In this document: positions 19,065 to 27,148 of the stretch, one piece after another | Layout of the letters: every line of letters starts with the position of its first letter | Numbering within the stretch: the first letter of the stretch is position 1 | Assembly (NCBI GenBank): GCA_038063415.1 | Contig: JBBTVD010000006.1 | Location: forward strand, 73,948-137,947 | Direction of reading: 5' to 3' | Length of the DNA: 64,000 nucleotides | Source of the DNA: Patescibacteria group bacterium | GTDB taxonomy: Bacteria; Patescibacteriota; Microgenomatia; Levybacterales; UBA12049 | The notes under the pieces: generated by a model | The model's input: only the letters and a program-made list of their open reading frames with translations | The model's database searches: none | Told to the model about the DNA's origin: nothing | Made by a program: the position numbers and the translations under genes

Positions 19065-20694
19065 ATCTATCTTGCAATTCATGCTGATAGTCCTTCTTCT
19101 TTGTTTTTTTGGTGTGCTCTATTCACAAACGACTCTTACACTACCATTATTTGGTGATGCTACCATCCATGGAGCAAATGCTATCGACGTACTTATAAAG
19201 GGGTGGACAGGGCTCGAAGCGGAATATCCAGCATTTTATTCATATACAATGGCATTATTCTATCCTTTTTTTGGAGAGAAAGGATTTAATATGATACCAT
19301 TTATTGGTTTCATCTTTTTATTAGGTGGCACTTTTCTTTTTATTCGACAGCTCACCAAAAATTATTACTTGGGACTTCTTTCTATTATCCTGGTTGGCTG
19401 TTCACCAAAAATTATTTTTTATAGTGCTCGTATGTATCAGGAGATACTCATTGGGGCTTTTTTTATTTTCTGCATTTATCTTTTGTTTCATTATGTAGAA
19501 ACAAAAAAAAGAATCTTTTTGATTTTACTCGCTTTTTTTGTTGGCATAACCTTATCAATAAAACAACAAGGTCTTTTTATCTTATATCCAACAATTATTC
19601 TTTTTTTTATCATCTACTTTTTAAAAGAAAAAATATTTCGCAAACAGATTGCAAATATTGCAATAATTATTCTTTTCCCTCTCGTAATCGGAATGGGATT
19701 TTATGGTGTACTCTTTCATACAACAGGAAAGTTGCAACCAGGAAGTAATGAATTTACTGCACTTGAAGTAATTAATACTTTCGGGCAAAAACTCTTTTCT
19801 TATCAAAAAAAAGATTCTGATACAGGGGATGAAACATTAGAAAGAGCCTTGATGACTGTAGAAACAAAATATAGCAAATTGGCCTTTAAACGTGCTGAAG
19901 AGAGACATATTTGGCCCACAGATGTCTTTACTGATTTTGATAGATTTAATCAAGCAAATAATCTGTATATCCCTTTTCAAGGCATCACGGGAAACATTTT
20001 TGTTACCCTTGCCTTATGCATAGGACTGATTGGAGGATTTATTTATTGTCTTTTTCACTACAAAAAGTATCAAGATTTACTTCTTTTTTCTTTTGTTTTT
20101 CTACCAATTAATTATCTCCTTTTTGTGAGAAATAGTGATCAACAACGTTATCATTTATTTGTCCCAATTTTTCTTCTTGCTTTCGTTTTAGTTTTTTTTC
20201 AAATTATTTTTCGCCGTCTCCATGTACCAATTACCACTACATTACTGATAACAATACCCCTTATGCTACTCCTTTTCCTTCCATTACTTGTCCCACGAAT
20301 ACTTCTTAATACCAGATGGAGTAATTCACAACTATACTCTCCAAGTGAAGGTGGTATTGCGTCAATAAAAGAAGCCGGGCAATGGATGCAAAAAAAGTCA
20401 AATCCTACAACAATAGTTGGACAACAATGTAATAATGAGACGCATTATTATTTCCAAAGACCTGTGGTTGGTGACTGGCGGATATACTTTCTTGATCCAA
20501 AAAATTTACAGACATATTTCATGAATAAAAATATTTCTTATTATGTTATCTATACCTCACAAATAGTAAAAGATAATGAATGGGTAATTATTTGTTGGGT
20601 GCCTGAAAGTTTTTATAAACGAATGGAAGAAAATTATGATCGTGTTTATACAACACAGAGTGAAGATGTGATCATTTATCAAGTACATCATTAG
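19045..20694 (+). CDS. Polytopic membrane protein, GT-C/ArnT-like glycosyltransferase candidate
   Basis: The ORF-track start at 18907 lies inside the preceding gene. The ATG at 19045 (MKKLSTKSILQFML, the first TM helix) is the likely start and overlaps the upstream stop by 20 nt. The protein has about 12 TM helices and a C-terminal soluble domain. Confidence 0.45.
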   Translation: MKKLSTKSILQFMLIVLLLCFFGVLYSQTTLTLPLFGDATIHGANAIDVLIKGWTGLEAEYPAFYSYTMALFYPFFGEKGFNMIPFIGFIFLLGGTFLFIRQLTKNYYLGLLSIILVGCSPKIIFYSARMYQEILIGAFFIFCIYLLFHYVETKKRIFLILLAFFVGITLSIKQQGLFILYPTIILFFIIYFLKEKIFRKQIANIAIIILFPLVIGMGFYGVLFHTTGKLQPGSNEFTALEVINTFGQKLFSYQKKDSDTGDETLERALMTVETKYSKLAFKRAEERHIWPTDVFTDFDRFNQANNLYIPFQGITGNIFVTLALCIGLIGGFIYCLFHYKKYQDLLLFSFVFLPINYLLFVRNSDQQRYHLFVPIFLLAFVLVFFQIIFRRLHVPITTTLLITIPLMLLLFLPLLVPRILLNTRWSNSQLYSPSEGGIASIKEAGQWMQKKSNPTTIVGQQCNNETHYYFQRPVVGDWRIYFLDPKNLQTYFMNKNISYYVIYTSQIVKDNEWVIICWVPESFYKRMEENYDRVYTTQSEDVIIYQVHH

Positions 20695-20695
20695 T

Positions 20696-21580
20696 ATGAA
20701 AAAAATAACAGTATCTATTATTATTTTAAATTGGAATGGGATAGAAAATACTAAAAAATGTCTTGATTCTTTGCTTATCATTCATGATGTAGCATATGAA
20801 GTAATCGTAATTGATAATGGATCGCGTGTTGATGAAGCAGCAGAACTCAAAAAAATATATACTACAAAAATAACTGTCTATCGACAAACAGAAAATACAG
20901 GATTTACTGGTGGATGTAATTTGGGAATTACACAAGCAAAAAAAAATAACCCGGATTTCTACTTGCTCCTTAACAACGATACGCAAGTAACGCCACCGTT
21001 TCTAAAAGAACTCATACAAACTGCTCGCTCTAATAAAAAAATTGGTATAGTTAGTCCGGTAATTTATGATAGCAAAAGGGAAAATATTCTTTTTTCTGGA
21101 GGTTCGATTAACTGGTTCTTGGGTAAAACCTTTCATAAAAAAGAGTATCTTATAAAGGTAAAAGCGAATGAATTTATTACTGGATGTTGTTTCTTAATAA
21201 AAAAACAAGTAATCGAATCAATTGGTCTCTTGGATAAACAATTTTTTGCCTATTTCGAAGACGCAGCGTATTGTATTTCTGCACGAAAGGCGGGGTATTA
21301 CTGCGTATGTGCGCCAAGAGCCATCATCTTTCATCAACAGACGGCTTCTTCTGATAAACGAGGTCCATTTAACACCTATCTTATGGCACGCAATAGAATT
21401 CTATTTGTGAATAACTATGCTCCAAAGGTTATCAAATATTATTTCTTCTTTTTTAATGCTCTTAAACTTATCATAGCATTTAGTTTTTTTCTTATCACTC
21501 GACAACAGGAACGTGCATATGCCTATTACAAAGGATATCTTGATGGCACACTAGGAAGAGGAGGTGTACCACGCATATGA
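20696..21580 (+). CDS. GT2 family glycosyltransferase
   Basis: IIILNWNG...VIVIDNGS and LLNNDT motifs typical of GT2 (rhamnosyltransferase-like). Confidence 0.7.
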   Translation: MKKITVSIIILNWNGIENTKKCLDSLLIIHDVAYEVIVIDNGSRVDEAAELKKIYTTKITVYRQTENTGFTGGCNLGITQAKKNNPDFYLLLNNDTQVTPPFLKELIQTARSNKKIGIVSPVIYDSKRENILFSGGSINWFLGKTFHKKEYLIKVKANEFITGCCFLIKKQVIESIGLLDKQFFAYFEDAAYCISARKAGYYCVCAPRAIIFHQQTASSDKRGPFNTYLMARNRILFVNNYAPKVIKYYFFFFNALKLIIAFSFFLITRQQERAYAYYKGYLDGTLGRGGVPRI

Positions 21581-22986
21581 GAACGACATTGAAAAAAGGT
21601 ACCATGTATCTTACTGTGGCTTCAGGAATCTTTATCTTTGTAGGCTATCTTACCAATATTTTGCTCGGAAGATTTTTGGGGCCGGTTGACTATGGAAACT
21701 ACGGCGTTATTGTTTCTTTGATCAGTTTAGTTAATATTATTCAGACGTCAGGTCTCACACAATCTGTTGCAAAATATATTGCACAAGATGAACAATTAGC
21801 AGATGAGATACTAAAGAGCGCCTTTACGTTACAACTTGTAGTCACAGGAGTAATTACAATTCTTTTTTTCCTTTTAGCACCAATGCTTGCAGCACTTCTC
21901 AATGATGAATCACTTACTCCTTATTTACAACTCGCATCAGCTAGTTTTCCAGTTTATGGCATGTATGCCCTTTATGTAGATTATGCAAATGGAAGACATT
22001 TTTTTAAAAAACAAGCATTACTCAACAGTCTTTATTCGGTAACCAAAGCTATTGGAGTTGTGAGTTTAGGATACTTGTTTCATCTCAAAGGAGTCTTGTG
22101 GGGATTTATTATAGCTCCGTTTTTTTCCTTATTGATTGGATTTTATTACCCGCGAAAAACGCGATTTCATTTCCCTTATAAAAAACTCATTCTTTTTTCA
22201 TTACCGCTTATTGGCTATACACTTTTTTCAACTCTTCTACAGTCAATAGATCTTTATTTTGTAAAATCATTACTTTCTCCAGAGGCATCAGGGTTCTATA
22301 CAGCAAGCCAAAGCGTTGCGCGCATTCTTTACTTTGGAACAATCGCTTTTTCGTCGGTACTACTTCCCAGCATCTCACATAGTGTCCAGCAAAAATTATA
22401 TACAAAAACAAGAGAAACAATAGCACTGGCACTACGAATTATTCTACTTATTATTGCACCAATAACCGCACTCATTGCAGCAACAAGCAAAGACGTATTA
22501 CTCATTCTTTATTCGGCAGCATATATTCCAGCAAGCAGCGCCCTCAGTCTTCTGATCGTGAGTTTTGTTTTTTTCACCTTATTTACGTTACTCTCAACGA
22601 TTCTTATTGCTGCCGGAAAACCAAAAATTCCTTTCGTTTTGGCGGGGTTGGGTCTGTGTGCAAATGCTCTCTTGTGCTTTTTACTCATTCCTCAATTCTT
22701 TTTATCAGGGGCAGCAATAGCAAGCTTATTGAGTAACGCTTTTGTTATGATCCTTGCCGCAATAGCTCTTTACCATCAATGTAATTACTTATTTCCCCAA
22801 AATCGTTTATACAAAATAATCGGTACTTCCTTGTTGCTTTTTATACTTGCAAAAATGATAACCGTAGAGCTATTTTTACTGCCTTTTTTGTACTTATCCT
22901 TTTTATCCCTCTATGTAATCATTTTGATAGTACTCAAAGAAATAACTGATGAAGATTTTTCTTATCTTACGAGGATAAAAGTATGA
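21577..22986 (+). CDS. Wzx-like polysaccharide/oligosaccharide flippase (MOP superfamily)
   Basis: 469 aa with about 12-14 TM helices. Its start overlaps the upstream stop (ATGA), and it lies inside a glycosyltransferase cluster. Confidence 0.6.
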   Translation: MRTTLKKGTMYLTVASGIFIFVGYLTNILLGRFLGPVDYGNYGVIVSLISLVNIIQTSGLTQSVAKYIAQDEQLADEILKSAFTLQLVVTGVITILFFLLAPMLAALLNDESLTPYLQLASASFPVYGMYALYVDYANGRHFFKKQALLNSLYSVTKAIGVVSLGYLFHLKGVLWGFIIAPFFSLLIGFYYPRKTRFHFPYKKLILFSLPLIGYTLFSTLLQSIDLYFVKSLLSPEASGFYTASQSVARILYFGTIAFSSVLLPSISHSVQQKLYTKTRETIALALRIILLIIAPITALIAATSKDVLLILYSAAYIPASSALSLLIVSFVFFTLFTLLSTILIAAGKPKIPFVLAGLGLCANALLCFLLIPQFFLSGAAIASLLSNAFVMILAAIALYHQCNYLFPQNRLYKIIGTSLLLFILAKMITVELFLLPFLYLSFLSLYVIILIVLKEITDEDFSYLTRIKV

Positions 22987-24458
22987 TACAGCAAAGTGAA
23001 AATCATAACCCAATTATGAAATTACGTCTTGTCGGACAATTTCTAGGACTTATTTGTTTAACAGGTTTTCTTGCCTACATTGTCTTACAAAACCTTTCAC
23101 CTTTTGGTGCCACAATTCATTATAGTTCTGCAGTAAACAAAGATAAATCGTTACTTGTACCTGGCCCCAGAGAGAGAGTAAGCATGGAAAAGACGGATCA
23201 AGGTGTTATCTTTAAGCAAACACATGATTTGATCTACTTTACAACCAAGATGCCCTTACGGTTTGATGAGGCAACTGTCAGCTTAACTTACCAAAACACT
23301 CATCCTGAACAAATTGTTTTTGTGGGATTTCAAGATCAACCGACGTGGCATTATGAAAAAAAATTATTTGATGTCCCATTTCTCAATAATCTTAATTGGG
23401 AAACCATGGGTAAAAACCCAACCTTATATCAAAGAGAAAAGGAGTTCTCCTCTATTGAAGATTTTCTGGCTTATCCGCCAAGGCAAGCACTTATTGGAAC
23501 TTACGAGTATGATATCGATATTGGGACTACACAAAAAACAAAATTACTTAATTATCAGACACAAGCAACTGACACAAAAATTGATGTGCCGCTGCGTGGG
23601 AAGCATATCTTATATGCGTATCTAGAAAACGAACCGTTCACAATATCGATAAAAAAACAGGATCTAAATTGGTACGAGGATCCAGATCCCATGACAATTA
23701 TTATTTATAAAGATGGTCAAGTAGTGTATAAAACAATCATTGAGGATGATGGGATAACCGATGCTTCAAAAAAAATCCAGAGCCCACAACAAACAACAAT
23801 CACCCATCCTGGTCCTGGTCTGCCTGAGAATGGTGTCTATAAAATTGTTCTCGACGCAAATAATGATACAATCATTAACCATATTACAACAAATCTCCAT
23901 AAACTTGTTTTTGCAGGATCAATTTTCCCGGCAGCAAATCATGATGTTTACCCAGAAGTTTTCCCACAAACAACAGGAACAACGCTCTATACCAATGCAC
24001 TCATGCTCTCGGCCACAACGTATCATAATGCCAGTATGCAAGATGTCTTTGTCGGCAACAAACGTATCCGTCTTAATACAAAAGATGATGAACAAATGAT
24101 TACTCCTGATGCAGATTTTACTCAGGTAAAAACAACAAAAAATGATGTTATTCTCAATACTTTTGAAGGCTACAGTGCTTTTTCTCCACGACAATTCTTT
24201 ATCCCAATGAATTATCATGTTTTCCCTATCACCAAAAAATCGGACACCTCCTTATCTGATTTTATTTTGACTGATTACAAACCAGGGGAGAACAGGAACG
24301 GTTGGCGTACAAGTAAACGAACATTTGATCTTAGCAATGCATATGTTAAAAATGGTCAACTGACATGGGTCATTATGGCACCAAAATTACAAGAGCATAA
24401 GAGTGAAATACAAATTGGCAATATACAAGTAACGCTTGATAAAAAACCTTGGTTTTAA
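22983..24458 (+). CDS. Hypothetical membrane-anchored extracytoplasmic protein
   Basis: 491 aa with one N-terminal TM helix followed by a large soluble domain with no motif I recognise. It is translationally coupled to the flippase gene. Confidence 0.45.
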   Translation: MIQQSENHNPIMKLRLVGQFLGLICLTGFLAYIVLQNLSPFGATIHYSSAVNKDKSLLVPGPRERVSMEKTDQGVIFKQTHDLIYFTTKMPLRFDEATVSLTYQNTHPEQIVFVGFQDQPTWHYEKKLFDVPFLNNLNWETMGKNPTLYQREKEFSSIEDFLAYPPRQALIGTYEYDIDIGTTQKTKLLNYQTQATDTKIDVPLRGKHILYAYLENEPFTISIKKQDLNWYEDPDPMTIIIYKDGQVVYKTIIEDDGITDASKKIQSPQQTTITHPGPGLPENGVYKIVLDANNDTIINHITTNLHKLVFAGSIFPAANHDVYPEVFPQTTGTTLYTNALMLSATTYHNASMQDVFVGNKRIRLNTKDDEQMITPDADFTQVKTTKNDVILNTFEGYSAFSPRQFFIPMNYHVFPITKKSDTSLSDFILTDYKPGENRNGWRTSKRTFDLSNAYVKNGQLTWVIMAPKLQEHKSEIQIGNIQVTLDKKPWF

Positions 24459-24463
24459 CACTA

Positions 24464-24741
24464 TGGAAATACTTATACTTATTTATATTCTTTACCTCTT
24501 TTTGCCGGGGTTTATATTGTCTTTGATTTTGTTTGAGAAGAATACACTTGACCCCTTTGAACGAATTATCTTTTCCTATGCTTTCTCGTTGACGATTCTC
24601 CCCTGTATTGCTTTTTATGCCAATCTTCTTGGTATACCGATTACTGCAAAAAGCGTCTCTTTACAAGTACTGATTATAACGTTGGTATTTATCTCCATCT
24701 TTATCATACAGAAAGGAGGAAAAACCCATGAAAAAACATAA
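24464..24741 (+). CDS. Small hypothetical membrane protein
   Basis: The ATG at 24464 is preferred over the TTG at 24436. The protein has three hydrophobic helices. It may be the first half of a split gene together with 24728-25096. Confidence 0.3.
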
Positions 24742-25096
24742 GTTATCATTGCATATTATTAGTCGAGAAGTCTTTCTCTATTCGCTTCTCACGTATCTTA
24801 TTCTCCTTATTGCTGAAACACTTAAAAAGGACATTGTTAATTTTTTCTTTAATCTGAATATTCTTCTTGTTATTGTTTTGCTCGGTGGCTTTCTTAGTGT
24901 TTGTACGCATCATGAATTTGTTGATTCTGAAAAAAAATCAGGCATTCTTCTAAAAATAACCAGTATTTTTATCGTTCTATTTTGTGGATTCTTTGTCTTT
25001 CTTATGACACAACAGTTAGGAGAAGTAGGGTTAATTATTACTGGGATCATGGTTCTTATCGTTGTAGTGCTGAGTATATTGGTAAACTTAGAATAA
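24728..25096 (+). CDS. Small hypothetical membrane protein
   Basis: 122 aa with four hydrophobic helices. It overlaps the previous ORF by 14 nt in another frame. Confidence 0.3.
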   Translation: MKKHKLSLHIISREVFLYSLLTYLILLIAETLKKDIVNFFFNLNILLVIVLLGGFLSVCTHHEFVDSEKKSGILLKITSIFIVLFCGFFVFLMTQQLGEVGLIITGIMVLIVVVLSILVNLE

Positions 25097-25212
25097 TGGA
25101 AAGAAAACACTAAGTTTAAGGAGTTTCTGTTCAAGACTTTTTCTCTACGACAATCCGGGAGCACTTGCTCCCGGATATGCCTTACACGCTTCTCTTCAAT
25201 TATGATTATCCA

Positions 25213-25488
25213 TTAATCAAAGAGATCAGAGATTGTGTTATAAACACCAATGCTTATCTGAGCACCTCCATCTGCAATAGCGGTTATCCACGTACCAATA
25301 CTAATATTGGTATTATTCCTTACGGAAAGTCCCGGTGGGCCAGCGTGTACATGATTTGGATCACCAGATCCCCAACCAGGCCTAGCTGATTGCGTCGGCG
25401 CAGGTGCCGCGTAGGCAGATTGCACAGACAGAGATACTGCTGCAAATACGGCCATTACGACAAAAAAATGCATAATTGTTTTTTTCAT
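25213..25488 (-). CDS. Small secreted protein with a cleavable signal peptide
   Basis: The internal ATG at 25488 (MKKTIMHFFVVMAVFAAVSLSVQSAYA) is preferred and has a GGTGAG RBS. The mature part of ~65 aa is Gly/His-containing and has no recognised family. Confidence 0.4.
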   Translation of the reverse strand: MKKTIMHFFVVMAVFAAVSLSVQSAYAAPAPTQSARPGWGSGDPNHVHAGPPGLSVRNNTNISIGTWITAIADGGAQISIGVYNTISDLFD

Positions 25489-25882
25489 TATATTCTCACC
25501 CCCTTTCTCAAAGAATTTCATATACTAATTGATTTTTTAATGTGAAAGCATTTTCCTTGCCACAAAAAACATTAAAGGTTAGAAGAAACTGAGGTGTATA
25601 GAAGGGAAAATGTAGGCATTTCCGGCAAGGAAACGATGTCTTCTATATATATCATTATATTGAAAACGAGTCAAGAGATACAAAAGGGATCAAAGTCTCT
25701 CAATACCTTTATGATCCACAGTTGTCACTTTTCTCTTCAGTCTGTTGAATATGTTCTTTGGTCACCATCTTTTTAAGATATATATCAGGATTTTTATTCT
25801 CTCATTGATATAACATGAGATATCGCGTTACCACAAGGCATGGTATGCATATACGCTACAGCAGAAAGAGAGGACTCAATAG

Positions 25883-26098
25883 TTACGTAACCATATCAGC
25901 AGCATACTCCAATGCAATAATACTTTCCTGAATCTTTTTGGGAGAAATTTTTTTTGGGTCAAAAGTAACCTCAGTAATTTGCTTCGCAAAATTAGTTTTG
26001 GATTCACCTATTCCTTCCAGATCTTCAAGAGTTCCGTCAATATTGAATGCGCAACTACTACAATCAAGTCCACCAATTTTAAACTGCATTTTTTGCAT
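25883..26098 (-). CDS. copZ: Heavy-metal-associated (HMA) copper chaperone, CopZ-like
   Basis: 71 aa with the N-terminal GGLDCSSC metal-binding motif and a ferredoxin-like HMA pattern. It is the last gene of the copper operon. Confidence 0.6.
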   Translation of the reverse strand: MQKMQFKIGGLDCSSCAFNIDGTLEDLEGIGESKTNFAKQITEVTFDPKKISPKKIQESIIALEYAADMVT

Positions 26099-26099
26099 A

Positions 26100-27134
26100 C
26101 TAGATTACTTTTATCGTTCCCCGATACATCCCCATACTGCACATAAAAGCAATTTCACTCCCCGGTTTATCAGGAGCTGTAAAGGTTATGGTATCCGAAT
26201 TACCTTGAGGGACAATCTTTTGTATGTCATATTCGGGCAGAGTAAATGCTTGTGCACATCCCCCCGCTCCCTCATTGACTAAATGAAGCGTAACCGTTGA
26301 TCCTGCTTTCACAGACAAATTTTTGGGTGAATAACCATCATCAGTAATCGTAATCGTTGCACTCTGGACAACTGCAACATCCGATGTATCACAAAATACG
26401 AATAGACAAAAAGTATTCCGTATCGTATTTCCCAAAGTAAACGTATTCCCCGTAAGAGCAATACTATTGTCGAATGTAAAAACGGCAAGTAAAATCAACA
26501 CTCCGGCTGCAATTTTTGTAAATCGCTCTTTAAAAAGATCACCTAATTTAGTCGCAAAATAACCAAGAAGAAAGAATACGGGAGAAGTTCCAAGGACAAA
26601 CGCAAAGAGAATTGCCGCCCCGGATAATGGATTACCTGAAGAAATAGCAAGCGCCATCATGGCTTGCGTCGTCCCACATGGGATAAAAATAGTCAATGCA
26701 CCAAGAAGTGCAGGTGCAAAGATTGCTTGGCTTTTTGACTCTTTACGAATATACCGAGTAATAAATCGTGGCGGTTGGATAACGAAATAACGGAAAATAG
26801 GATGCACATGTAACATCTGAAGAGCCGTCCCGAGCATAAAAAGCGCAACCAAAATCTGCATAATAATTGTCATGGTGATTGATACCTGAAAGAGAGACCC
26901 AAGCCAACCAAGAAGCATACCAAGGAACGTATATGCTAGTAACTTTGATAGAAGAAACCAAGCTATTGGAGCAGCATGACCAGCAGTCGTTTTTTGTTGT
27001 AAGGTGTCCTGAGTCTTCTGTGCAATAGTCGTTGCTAAGAGCCCCCCCTGCACCGCTAAGCAACTGAGACCCCCAACAAACAGTCCTGTTAAAAAGACTG
27101 TCCAGATATTCATATTGTTGGTAAATTCAAACAT
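26100..27134 (-). CDS. DsbD_2/CcdA-like polytopic membrane protein fused to a C-terminal cupredoxin-like domain
   Basis: The N-terminal ~240 aa have six TM helices with conserved Cys in TM1 (GGLSCLAV) and TM4 (FIPCG). The C-terminal ~100 aa form a beta-sandwich with a CxMxMxxG tail (AFMCSMGMYRGTIKV). Confidence 0.5.
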   Translation of the reverse strand: MFEFTNNMNIWTVFLTGLFVGGLSCLAVQGGLLATTIAQKTQDTLQQKTTAGHAAPIAWFLLSKLLAYTFLGMLLGWLGSLFQVSITMTIIMQILVALFMLGTALQMLHVHPIFRYFVIQPPRFITRYIRKESKSQAIFAPALLGALTIFIPCGTTQAMMALAISSGNPLSGAAILFAFVLGTSPVFFLLGYFATKLGDLFKERFTKIAAGVLILLAVFTFDNSIALTGNTFTLGNTIRNTFCLFVFCDTSDVAVVQSATITITDDGYSPKNLSVKAGSTVTLHLVNEGAGGCAQAFTLPEYDIQKIVPQGNSDTITFTAPDKPGSEIAFMCSMGMYRGTIKVI

Positions 27135-27148
27135 ACGACGATATAAAA

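Noticed and set aside
18907-20694. ORF-track 595-aa protein starting at 18907
   Set aside because: The first 46 codons lie inside the preceding GT4 gene in another frame. The hydrophobic N-terminus MKKLSTKSILQFML at 19045 is the credible start.
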